The notes beneath the pieces are model-generated. The model saw only the letters and a list, made by a program, of their open reading frames with translations. It was not told the origin of the DNA and did no database searches. Of a stretch of DNA of 64,000 nucleotides, positions 26,527-35,401 are shown in pieces (positions within the stretch are counted from its first letter, which is position 1; every line of letters starts with the position of its first letter). Source of the stretch: Bryobacteraceae bacterium (lineage in GTDB: Bacteria > Acidobacteriota > Terriglobia > Bryobacterales > Bryobacteraceae). Made by a program: the position numbers and the translations under genes. Where the stretch lies: positions 8-64,007 of the forward strand of contig JBELAO010000025.1 of the NCBI GenBank assembly GCA_049508735.1, written 5' to 3'.

Positions 26527-27489
26527 TCACTCCAGGTGCAGACTGATCATCACTTCGGGTTCTTCACCGCGGTTCGCCAGGCGAATCAGCACCCGCACGG
26601 CGCCCATCAGGAGGCCGGAGAGAATCGCAAACAGCACCAGTATCCCAATGAGTTTAAAGATGTTTAAGAGTAGGTCCCCGGGGTTGTCCTTTAGCGTGGG
26701 AACGCGCTCATCTTGCGTGACTTCGGCCTGCCAGCGGACCTGGGCCATGAGGCGCTCGGCCTGGTCGCGGTCGGCTGGATTGATGAGTACTGCCACCAGC
26801 GGACCACTGCGTTTGACCATGGCGCCGGGGAGTTGCTCGAAATCGGCCACCTTCCCCATGGCGATTTGCGGCGACGGGTAGTTGAAGATGGCCAGTGGCA
26901 TGATGCCCTTGGGGCTGTGGAAAACTCCCACTTGGGCCTCTGCGTCGAGGTGGAAGCCGGCTACAGAGGGCGGAACGGCGGGGAAAAACTGGGCGAGGCT
27001 GCCCGGGCCGGTGATGTAGCGTTCGCTGTTGGGGACGAGGTTCCCGGCGGGCAGGTAGCCGGGCAAGACCGGCAGCGCGGTAGTATCGACGTTCTTCAGC
27101 GACTGGACGAGCGTGCCCAGCTCGCCGGCCGGCGGCTGATAGCCCGCGAAAGCCAGCAGGTACTGGCCGTGGACAATGAGCAGGCCGTTCCGAGTGGTGA
27201 CCGCGAGCGGAGCCAGCTTGGACGGCTTGGCGTTCTCGGGACGCTGCCAATCGAATGCCGCCAGCGCGGCGGTGGGGTCGCGAAGCTGCCAGGCGGTGAC
27301 GGAGAAGGCGGACGGACCCGGTTTATAAGTTGCGGTCTCCCAGGCCTTGAGGCCGTAATCGTCCCAAACGGCGCGGTCGGTCAGCGTAGGCTGCGACTCG
27401 GCAGTGCGATGCGCGGGGCCGATAGTATCGGGAAGAATGGAGCCGGCGAGCAGGCAGGGAACGGACAGCAGGGCGAGGAAGGACCGCAT
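26527..27489 (-). CDS. Exported hypothetical protein with a C-terminal membrane anchor
   Basis: Start moved to the ATG at 27489 (MRSFLALLSVPCLLAGS). C-terminal TM segment LLLNIFKLIGILVLFAILSGLLMGAVRVLI. Confidence 0.7.
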   Translation of the reverse strand: MRSFLALLSVPCLLAGSILPDTIGPAHRTAESQPTLTDRAVWDDYGLKAWETATYKPGPSAFSVTAWQLRDPTAALAAFDWQRPENAKPSKLAPLAVTTRNGLLIVHGQYLLAFAGYQPPAGELGTLVQSLKNVDTTALPVLPGYLPAGNLVPNSERYITGPGSLAQFFPAVPPSVAGFHLDAEAQVGVFHSPKGIMPLAIFNYPSPQIAMGKVADFEQLPGAMVKRSGPLVAVLINPADRDQAERLMAQVRWQAEVTQDERVPTLKDNPGDLLLNIFKLIGILVLFAILSGLLMGAVRVLIRLANRGEEPEVMISLHLE

Positions 27490-27557
27490 ATATTTATTAG
27501 ACGCCAAAACCGGCTGGCGAAGGCAGCGCCATCGCGGATTTCGAGAGTAAAACACCA

Positions 27558-28286
27558 TCATTTTTTCGACGCCTTGACGATTCTCAAGAGCATTGGCGCC
27601 GCTAGAAGCGAGGCGGAGCGAGCAGTCTCCAGGCCGTGATCTCGAAACGCCTTCATATATTCATCGGTGTACCGGAAGTCGGAAATAAGGGCTACGCCGC
27701 CCGGTTTCAGCAACCGCGCGATTTCGTGGCATGCGGCGGCCCGCCCTGCCGGCGTGGGGATATTGTGGAGACAGAGGTTGGAAAGCACGCGATCGAACGA
27801 GTTGTCCGCAAACGGTGTGTCCCGCGCATCGGCATTCCTGATTTCCACCTTGTCTGCGACGCCCTCGAGTTGGGCATTCCGCATGGCCGCCTCCGGAGAG
27901 TTGTGGGACAGGTCCTTTTCGCGCCAGACGTCAATACCGATGCTCTTGCCGCTGGTCAGCCGCTTGGCAGCGCCGATCATCAGCAGGCCGCGCCCAGTTC
28001 CGACATCGAGAACCTGTTCATCGCCGCGCCATGGCACCATATTCAGCATGCGGTCGCGATGACGGAACTTTTCAATCTTGACGTAAGACGCCATCAACAG
28101 GATCAGGATGATGCCGGTCGGAACCAGGGAGAGGACGATGCTTGCCACAGCCCGGGCCGTTTCACTGGGAGAGCTGCGAAACCCCAGTCCGAGCGCCAGG
28201 CCTGCTGCGACGGCCAGAAGTACGGCCAGGCCGAGACGCGGGGCATCGATGCCGTAGTCCGGCGCTGTCGTAGGCGGCGGGGTCAA
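27558..28286 (-). CDS. Membrane-anchored class I SAM-dependent methyltransferase
   Basis: Two N-terminal TM segments, then VLDVGTGRGLLMIGAAKRL…GIDVW…FDRVLSNLCLHNI…LKPGGVALISD. Confidence 0.85.
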   Translation of the reverse strand: MTPPPTTAPDYGIDAPRLGLAVLLAVAAGLALGLGFRSSPSETARAVASIVLSLVPTGIILILLMASYVKIEKFRHRDRMLNMVPWRGDEQVLDVGTGRGLLMIGAAKRLTSGKSIGIDVWREKDLSHNSPEAAMRNAQLEGVADKVEIRNADARDTPFADNSFDRVLSNLCLHNIPTPAGRAAACHEIARLLKPGGVALISDFRYTDEYMKAFRDHGLETARSASLLAAPMLLRIVKASKK

Positions 28287-28426
28287 GAGATACCTGGTTG
28301 GTTGAGAATGCGTTCGCCGAACGCTCTAACGTCAATTGTAGCAAGGGGATTGTCGGTGGGGCGCGGCACTGGTCGGCGAGAAGGACCTCCCCGCGCGGCG
28401 CTCCGTGCGATGATGGTGTTTCTCGA

Positions 28427-29434
28427 ATGGCGGAACAGGCGGAGAAGCGGGAATGGCTGGCGGCGGCGCGCACGGCCATGGAGATTGAAGCGCGCGCGGT
28501 GACGCAGGCGGCAGCGCGGTTGGACGGCGCGCTGGTGCGCGCGGTGGAGCTGATACTGGCGCATCCGGGCAAGGTGTTGGTGACCGGCATCGGCAAATCG
28601 GGACACGTGGCGCGCAAGCTGGTGGCCACGCTTTCAAGCACCGGAACGCCGGCGGTTTTCCTGCACCCGGCCGAGGCGGCGCACGGCGATATGGGAATCT
28701 ACACGCCGGGCGATCCGACGATTCTGGTGTCGAAGAACGGCAGCTCGGCCGAGCTGCTGGCGCTGGTGCCGCTGCTGCGCGATTTCCATTCGCCGCTGAT
28801 CGGCATACTGGGCGCTGCGTCGTCGCCGCTGGCCGCGCTGGTGGACGTGCTGCTGGATGCAACGGTGGAACGCGAAGCGGACCCGCACAACCTGGCGCCG
28901 ACGGCCAGCGCGATGGCCGCCCAGGCGTTGGGCGATGCGCTGGCGATTGCACTGATGCACGCGCGCGGCTTCACGGCCGAGCAGTTCGGCCGCTACCATC
29001 CGGGCGGCCAGTTAGGGCGCAATCTGCGGACGTCGGTGCGGCAGGCCATGCATGGCGCCGGAGAAGCCGTGATGGTGCCGCCGGAGACATCGTTCAAGGA
29101 GTTGATCATCGCCATGACGCGGCTGCCGCTGGGCGGAGCGTGCGTGGTTACGGCGGACGGACGGCTGGCCGGCTTCATCACGGACGGCGACTTGCGGCGG
29201 GCGCTGGCGCGTCACGATGACATACGCGGATTGCGCGCGGCGGACATCATGACGGCGAATCCGGTGACGATCGGTCCGGACTCCAGCCTGGCGGCCGCGC
29301 TGGAACGGATGGAGCGGCGGGCATCGCAGATTTCCGCGCTGCCAGTGGTGGATGACGACGGCCGCGCGCTGGGCATTCTGCGGCTGCACGATGTGTATTT
29401 GGGATTCCGCAGCGCGACGCCGGCGGGGTCCTGA
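28427..29434 (+). CDS. KpsF/GutQ family sugar-phosphate (arabinose-5-phosphate) isomerase, SIS domain plus two CBS domains
   Basis: GKVLVTGIGKSGHVARKLVATLSSTGTPAVFLHPAEAAHGDMG (SIS domain). The C-terminal CBS pair includes ADIMTANPVTI and LPVVDDDGRALGILRLHDV. Start moved to the ATG at 28427. Confidence 0.9.
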   Translation: MAEQAEKREWLAAARTAMEIEARAVTQAAARLDGALVRAVELILAHPGKVLVTGIGKSGHVARKLVATLSSTGTPAVFLHPAEAAHGDMGIYTPGDPTILVSKNGSSAELLALVPLLRDFHSPLIGILGAASSPLAALVDVLLDATVEREADPHNLAPTASAMAAQALGDALAIALMHARGFTAEQFGRYHPGGQLGRNLRTSVRQAMHGAGEAVMVPPETSFKELIIAMTRLPLGGACVVTADGRLAGFITDGDLRRALARHDDIRGLRAADIMTANPVTIGPDSSLAAALERMERRASQISALPVVDDDGRALGILRLHDVYLGFRSATPAGS

Positions 29435-29511
29435 GCGGTGGGGGGCTTCGACTGGCGGGTTTTGGTTCTAGTGCGATGACCGCTCGGTTGAAAAACACTA
29501 TACGGCGGGAA

Positions 29512-29561
29512 GAAAAGCCGAGATGACTCTCGGCTCGGCAGGCCTGACGGCCCGCGCCACG
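29512..29561 (-). repeat. Family A repeat, internally deleted copy
   Basis: The reverse complement, cgtggcgcgggccgtcaggcctgccgagccgagagtcatctcggcttttc, aligns to both ends of the 10852-10934 copy. The central gcttgcccgtgc.ccatccgg block is missing. Confidence 0.75.
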
Positions 29562-29635
29562 TCGCTTGGTTTCGCGGCTCCGATCGGACTCGGACTACGC
29601 GCGGCCGCGCCGTGTATCATGGTGAAACAGCACTT

Positions 29636-30787
29636 ATGAGAAACTACACACGATACATAATGATGGCGGGTTTGGGACTGGCATGGCTGGCGGCGCCGCG
29701 CGGCAATTTGCTGGCGCAAACGCCTCCGCCGAAGCCGGCGCCCGATGTGCTGGTTCTGAATGACGATGAGAAGCTGGTGGGGCACTTGGTGCGCTCCAAC
29801 GGCGGCGATGTGAGATTCAAGAGCGACATCCTGGGTGAGGTGACCATCCCCTGGAGCAAGGTGAAAGAGCTGCGCGCCAACGGCACGTACACCGTGGTTG
29901 GCAAGGACATCAAGCTGGGCCGCAGCTCGAATACATCCAAGCTGCCGAAGGGCAGCCTGGAAGCGACCGACAAGCAGATCACCGTGACAGGCGCGCCGGG
30001 TGCGGCGCCGCAGACAGTCGCGGTGGCGGAAGCGGCCCACGTGATCGAATCCAGCGAGTTCGAACAGCAGGTGATGCATAGCCCGGGTCTCGGCGAAAAC
30101 TGGACGGGGGCGATCAACGCCGGAGTTACCCTGGTCGAGGCCACGCAGCAGAGCCGCACCTTCAGCGGCGGTATCGCGTTGGCGCGGGCGGTGCCGATGG
30201 AATCGTGGCTCGACCCGCGCGACCGGACGCTGGTGAATTTCAATTTCGCCGACGGTACGGTCAAGCAGCCGGGCGCGGCAGAAATTAAGACCGATATCAT
30301 CCACGGCGGTCTGGAACGCGACGAGTATTTCTCCACGCACCGGATGTACGGATTCGTGCAGGGGACGCTCGATCACAACTATTCGCAGGGTCTGGACCTG
30401 GGAACGCAAGTGGGCGGCGGGATCGGGTGGACGGTGGTGAAGAGCGCGGCGAACGTGCTCGATACCAAAGCCAGCCTGACGTACTTGCATCAGAGCTTCG
30501 CCGGAACGGCAAGTGTGGACCAAAGCCTGGTTGCATCGAACTTTGCCGAGGCGTTCACCCACAAGTTCAAGCACGGCGTAGTGCTGGCGCAAACGGTTTC
30601 GGCGACGCCGACCTGGAACATCACCAACGATTGGCTGGCCAACGCTTCGGTCACGCTGACGGTGCCGGCGTACAAGCGGCTGAACATCGCGCTGGGAGCG
30701 ATCGACAGCTACCTGAATAATCCGCCGCCCAGCTTCAGGAAGAACTCGTTCCAGTTGACCACCGGGCTGACGTATTCGTTCAAGTAG
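29636..30787 (+). CDS. DUF481 family outer-membrane beta-barrel protein
   Basis: Signal peptide. DVLVLNDDEKLVGHLVRSNGGDVRFKSDILGEVTIPWSKVKEL is the typical DUF481 N-terminus. The barrel shows an alternating pattern and ends in …LTTGLTYSF. Confidence 0.8.
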   Translation: MRNYTRYIMMAGLGLAWLAAPRGNLLAQTPPPKPAPDVLVLNDDEKLVGHLVRSNGGDVRFKSDILGEVTIPWSKVKELRANGTYTVVGKDIKLGRSSNTSKLPKGSLEATDKQITVTGAPGAAPQTVAVAEAAHVIESSEFEQQVMHSPGLGENWTGAINAGVTLVEATQQSRTFSGGIALARAVPMESWLDPRDRTLVNFNFADGTVKQPGAAEIKTDIIHGGLERDEYFSTHRMYGFVQGTLDHNYSQGLDLGTQVGGGIGWTVVKSAANVLDTKASLTYLHQSFAGTASVDQSLVASNFAEAFTHKFKHGVVLAQTVSATPTWNITNDWLANASVTLTVPAYKRLNIALGAIDSYLNNPPPSFRKNSFQLTTGLTYSFK

Positions 30788-30810
30788 GGATGAGAACGGG
30801 CACCCAAGAA

Positions 30811-30882
30811 GAATGTCGAGACGACTCTCGACACATCAGGCTTGACGGCCCCGGATGGTGCACGGGCAAGCTGCGCCACGGT
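30811..30882 (-). repeat. Family A repeat copy with tcgaga…tctcga hairpin
   Basis: The reverse complement, ccgtggcgcagcttgcccgtgcaccatccggggccgtcaagcctgatgtgtcgagagtcgtctcgac, matches the other family A copies. Confidence 0.85.
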
Positions 30883-31043
30883 CACTCGATGCGGATGTTG
30901 TCGAGGCTCAGTGCGCCTTCGAGAACGCGGGTCCCATCGAATACGCGGACGCGGTTGATCAACAGCGGTTTGGACGCGGGTTGCGCACCGGCGAGGCCCG
31001 CGCAAACCGTGGCGGCGAGCAGAAGTGGAAACCGTCTCATCAT
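30882..31043 (-). pseudogene. Possible truncated remnant of a secreted amidohydrolase-family gene (N-terminal 53 codons only)
   Basis: My own translation: MMRRFPLLLAATVCAGLAGAQPASKPLLINRVRVFDGTRVLEGALSLDNIRIE-stop. A signal peptide followed by an LLI.N.RVFDG pattern is the usual start of amidohydrolases. The ORF ends where the family A repeat begins. Confidence 0.4.
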
Positions 31044-31078
31044 GCTTTGCTCTCCAAACGTGTTAACCGAATGAGTTT

Positions 31079-31642
31079 CTACTTCGGCTGGAGCCCAATC
31101 GAGGTGACGATGATGCCGAGCTCGCGCCTTTCGGCGCCGGTGGGCGGGATGGCATTATCCAGCGTGAACTGGATGCGCACGGCAGGCTTGCCCAGAGCCG
31201 AAGCCGGAGCGTCGCGCTTGTACTCGTACTGGCCGGCCTTGGTGTAGGTTTCCGGCGGCAGCGGCGAGCCTTCGATGGACGCCGACAGCGTCAGCGACTT
31301 GGCATGATCGATGGCGACCTGGGGCACCGTGAGCGCCATAACGAGCGTGGCTCCGCTTTGCGCGGCGCCGATGGGCGGCCGCAGCACGACGCGGAACTGC
31401 TTGGCGGTCCAGCGCCAGGCGTTCGCTTCGATACTATAAAAGCCGTCGAGGAGCTGAGGCTCCTGGCTGATTTCCGAAGCTCTCACGGTGGAGGCGAGCG
31501 CCGGCGCCTCGCCTTCGGCTGTCGCGACCTTGACGTTCTTAGGCTCGCGTTTGCAGCCCAACGGCGCCAGCGCCAGCGCCAGAACCAGTCCTCCGGCCAG
31601 GAAAGGCAGGCCGGATGGTCTCTTGCTTGTTACCTGTTTCAT
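31079..31642 (-). CDS. Lipoprotein, hypothetical
   Basis: Start at the ATG at 31642 (MKQVTSKRPSGLPFLAGGLVLALALAPLGC) with a lipobox LAPLGC. Confidence 0.7.
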   Translation of the reverse strand: MKQVTSKRPSGLPFLAGGLVLALALAPLGCKREPKNVKVATAEGEAPALASTVRASEISQEPQLLDGFYSIEANAWRWTAKQFRVVLRPPIGAAQSGATLVMALTVPQVAIDHAKSLTLSASIEGSPLPPETYTKAGQYEYKRDAPASALGKPAVRIQFTLDNAIPPTGAERRELGIIVTSIGLQPK

Positions 31643-31831
31643 CGGTAAAGGATTTCTCTCCATTCCATAAACAACTGCCAAACACTTGAGGACGATTATA
31701 CCTTGGAAGACGCCGCGGACTGGCTAGGCGCCGCAAGAGAAGTTCCAATTTTTGTAGAGGGGATTAACGAACGCGAAGGCGCGGCTAGCGGTAACATTCT
31801 CTTACAGGCTATCGCCTAGGAAGGCAGACCC

Positions 31832-34800
31832 ATGGCGGCGAATTACGTTCTTCATCGGATGAGGCGGTGGTTCGAGCGATGCGCCAAGCCGGGCCTGTGG
31901 GCGCTGGCGGCTTATCTATCGGCCGCGTGTTTGCTTGCTTCCGAACATCACGGATGGGTCAAATCGGGCGGGGTTCCGGTGCCTGGGGCGACCATCACGG
32001 CCACCCAAGGCGACAAGAGTTTCGTCACCTCAACCGACGACTTGGGCGCGTATTCCTTTCCAAACCTGCCCGACGGCATCTGGACCCTGCGAATTTCGAT
32101 GCTGGGTTTCGCTCCGGTTGAGCGAGATATTGGAGTAGCGCCGGAGGCACCCAGCCCGAATTGGGATTTGACGGTGCTGACGATGGATGCGTTGCGGAAG
32201 CGGTTGACGCCGGTGGCGCAGGCCGCGGCGGCACCAGCGCCAGCGGCGCCCGCGGCATCGGCGGCCAAGCCTGCCGCCGCGGCACCGGCTGCAACGCAAG
32301 CGGCGGCAGCCAAGCCTGCGGCCGGCAGCGGGTCCACGGGCGGCCGGGGTAACTGGAATGGCGGGCGGCCTTCGCTACGCCAGGGCACGCAACAGGGCGG
32401 TGGCTTTCAACGTCTGGATGTGAATCAATCGGGTGACATGGGCCAGGACAACGGCGGCGAGAGTGTGGCAGCGACGGGGACGGGCGATGTAACGCAAAGC
32501 TCGGACGCTTACGTGGTCAACGGCAGCGTGAATAGCGGTTTGAACACGCCGCAACAGAATGACTGGGGATTCGGCGGGCCGGGCGGTCCTGGCGGCATGG
32601 CCATGGGTGGGCCGGGCGGGCCGGCCGGAATGGGCATCGCTGGAGGCCCAGCGGCGGCAGCCAGCGCTCCTGGCGGACCGGGCGGCGGTTTCGGTGGCCC
32701 CGGCGGACCGGGTGGTGGCTTCGGCGGACGCGGGGGAGGCGGCTTCGGCGGCAATTATGCGGGCGGGCGCGGAGGACGCGGGGGACCGGGCGGCCGTGGG
32801 GGTAACCAGGCTTCCTTCGGCAACGGGCGCCGCAATCCGCGTTCCCATTACAACGCGAACATCGCACTGATCCTGAATAATTCGGCGCTGGATGCGAGGC
32901 CGTTTTCCTTGACCGGCCAGGACACGCCTAAGGCTGCGTTCGCTCAGTTCCGATCCACGGGAATGCTAGGCGGACCGTTGAAGATTCCGCACGTGCTCAG
33001 CGGGCAACGCACTTTTTTCACCATCAACTATCAATTGACGCGCGGGCGCAACGCCACTACCACGACGGCGCTGGTGCCGACCACGGACGAACGGGCGGGC
33101 AACTTCTCGCAGGCGCTCAACGCCGTTGCCAATACGCCGGTTACTATTTACGACCCGCTCAGTGGGGCTCCGTTCGCGGGCAACGTCATCCCATCAACTC
33201 GGCTGGATTCCGCGGCACTGGCGCTGCTCAACTTCTACCCGTTGCCGAATTTTACGGGCAGTTCGCGGTATAACTACCAGGCGCCGATTGTCGGCATCAG
33301 CAATCAGACCAACATCAATTCGCGCGTCAGCGAGACGATCAATGCGAAGAACCAGGTATCGGGGAACTTCGCCTGGCAAAGCAGTAACTCCTCGACGCCC
33401 AACTTGTTCAACTTTATCGATACCACCAAGATGACCGGAATTAACACCGGGGTGCAATGGAATTATCACATCACGACCAGGCTGATCAGCAACCTGCGGT
33501 ATAACTTCAGCCGGTCGGCCACTAACCTGACGCCATTTTTCGCGAATTCGGAGAATGTTTCGGCGGACGCTGGGATTTTGGGAAACGACCAGGCTGCGCA
33601 GTTCTGGGGGCCTCCCTCGCTATCGTTTTCGAGCGGCATTTACGGGTTAAGCGATGGCGCCTACCAGATTAATCACAACAACACGAATGCAGCCGGCGAG
33701 AGCCTGATTTGGGTGCGCGGCACGCACAACGTGACGTTTGGCGGCGACGTCCGGCGGCTCGATTTCAATCAGATCGCGCAGCAGAATGCGCGCGGCAGCT
33801 TTACGTTCACCGGCACCATGACCGGCCTCGCGGGCGCGAACGGTCAGGCCGTCAACGGAACGGGTTTCGACTTTGCCGACTTCCTGCTGGGCCTGCCGGA
33901 CGCCAGTTCCATCGCATATGCACCGAGCGGCGCCGATAAGTACTTCCGCGCCTCGTGGGCGGACACTTATATCACCGACGACTGGCACATGCGCGGCAAC
34001 TTTTCCATTAACTTCGGGCTGCGCTGGGATTTCCAGGCGCCGGTAACGGAACTATACAACCGGCTGGTAAGTCTGGAAGTGGGGCCGGGTTGGACCACCA
34101 CTACGCCAGTGTGTGGGACCAACACCCTCGCGACCGGCACGGTGTCGTGTACTCTGGCCAGCCAAGCCGGACTGCCGGATTCACTGGTGCGCCCGGACTA
34201 TCACGAATTCCAGCCGCGCATCGGCATTGCCTGGCGGCCGTTCCCGAAGCATTCCACGGTGGTGCGGGCCGGATATGGGCTCTACTACAACACCTCGGTG
34301 TTTCAGCCGCTGGCTAACCAGATGTCGCAACAGGCGCCATTGTCGGATAGCGTCAGGCAATCCTACTCGGTGCTGCAAGCGCAGTCCATCTCCGCGGCAC
34401 AACCGGAGCCGCTGTCGCTCGAGAACGCGCTGACGCTGCCGGCCATCAGCACCACGCCCCAGACGTTTGCACTCGACCCGAATTTCCGCATCGGGTACAT
34501 TCACTATTGGCAGGCTTTGGTGCAGCAGAACCTGGCAGGGTCATTCGTGGCGACGTTTACTTACAGCGGCAATAAAGGCACGCACCAGGTGCAGGAGTTT
34601 CTGCCGTGGACATTTCCCGCCGGCGAGCTTTCCAGCGGTTACCCGAGCGGGTATGTGTACGAGACCTCGAACGGCAACTCGAATTACAATGCCGCCAGCG
34701 CGCAGTTACAGCATCGCTTCCATAACGGGTTCCTGGCGAATGCGACATATGTGTTTTCCAAGGCGATCGACGACGCGCAGACGCTGGGTGGCCGCGGGGC

Positions 34801-35398
34801 GGCCGCATCGGCTTACGCGCAGAACTGGCTGGATCTCGAGGCCGAGCGCTCGCTTTCCAATTTCGACCGGACTCACACGCTGAACCTGACACTTCAATAT
34901 TCGACCGGCATGGGGACGCGTGGCGGGACGCTGATTAATGGATGGAAAGGCGTACTGCTGAAGGACTGGACGCTGGGTCCCAGCTTGAGTTTGGGCAGCG
35001 GTCTGCCGGAAACGCCGATTGTGCTCGGCCGCCTGGCCAGCGGAACGGGAGTCACGGGCACAACCAGGGCCGATTACGTGGGAGGGCCGTTGGGCGCGGT
35101 TTTGCCCGGCTACGGTTTCGATACGGCGGTGTTCGAAGCGCCTCCCGAAGGCCAGTGGGGCGACGCGGGCCGAAACACCATCACCGGGCCAATGCTCCTC
35201 GGCCTGAACTTCTCCGCCGGCCGCGTGTTCCGTTTCGGCGAACGGCGCAGCATGGATATCCGGTTCGACGGAACCAACGTGCTGAACCATGTGACCTGGA
35301 CTTCGTGGGACACTACGCTCGGCAATTCGCAATTCGGCCTGCCGACCGCGGCCAACGCCATGCGGAGCATACAGGCCACGGTGCGATTCAGGTTTTAG
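31832..35398 (+). CDS. TonB-dependent-receptor-like outer membrane protein with an N-terminal CarboxypepD_reg domain and a long Gly/Pro/Ala low-complexity insert
   Basis: AGGAAGG RBS. GATITATQGDKSFVTSTDDLGAYSFPNLPDGIWTLRISMLGF is CarboxypepD_reg. The ~800-aa beta-barrel-like C-terminus ends in …IQATVRFRF (terminal aromatic). Confidence 0.85.
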   Translation: MAANYVLHRMRRWFERCAKPGLWALAAYLSAACLLASEHHGWVKSGGVPVPGATITATQGDKSFVTSTDDLGAYSFPNLPDGIWTLRISMLGFAPVERDIGVAPEAPSPNWDLTVLTMDALRKRLTPVAQAAAAPAPAAPAASAAKPAAAAPAATQAAAAKPAAGSGSTGGRGNWNGGRPSLRQGTQQGGGFQRLDVNQSGDMGQDNGGESVAATGTGDVTQSSDAYVVNGSVNSGLNTPQQNDWGFGGPGGPGGMAMGGPGGPAGMGIAGGPAAAASAPGGPGGGFGGPGGPGGGFGGRGGGGFGGNYAGGRGGRGGPGGRGGNQASFGNGRRNPRSHYNANIALILNNSALDARPFSLTGQDTPKAAFAQFRSTGMLGGPLKIPHVLSGQRTFFTINYQLTRGRNATTTTALVPTTDERAGNFSQALNAVANTPVTIYDPLSGAPFAGNVIPSTRLDSAALALLNFYPLPNFTGSSRYNYQAPIVGISNQTNINSRVSETINAKNQVSGNFAWQSSNSSTPNLFNFIDTTKMTGINTGVQWNYHITTRLISNLRYNFSRSATNLTPFFANSENVSADAGILGNDQAAQFWGPPSLSFSSGIYGLSDGAYQINHNNTNAAGESLIWVRGTHNVTFGGDVRRLDFNQIAQQNARGSFTFTGTMTGLAGANGQAVNGTGFDFADFLLGLPDASSIAYAPSGADKYFRASWADTYITDDWHMRGNFSINFGLRWDFQAPVTELYNRLVSLEVGPGWTTTTPVCGTNTLATGTVSCTLASQAGLPDSLVRPDYHEFQPRIGIAWRPFPKHSTVVRAGYGLYYNTSVFQPLANQMSQQAPLSDSVRQSYSVLQAQSISAAQPEPLSLENALTLPAISTTPQTFALDPNFRIGYIHYWQALVQQNLAGSFVATFTYSGNKGTHQVQEFLPWTFPAGELSSGYPSGYVYETSNGNSNYNAASAQLQHRFHNGFLANATYVFSKAIDDAQTLGGRGAAASAYAQNWLDLEAERSLSNFDRTHTLNLTLQYSTGMGTRGGTLINGWKGVLLKDWTLGPSLSLGSGLPETPIVLGRLASGTGVTGTTRADYVGGPLGAVLPGYGFDTAVFEAPPEGQWGDAGRNTITGPMLLGLNFSAGRVFRFGERRSMDIRFDGTNVLNHVTWTSWDTTLGNSQFGLPTAANAMRSIQATVRFRF

Positions 35399-35401
35399 AT
35401 C

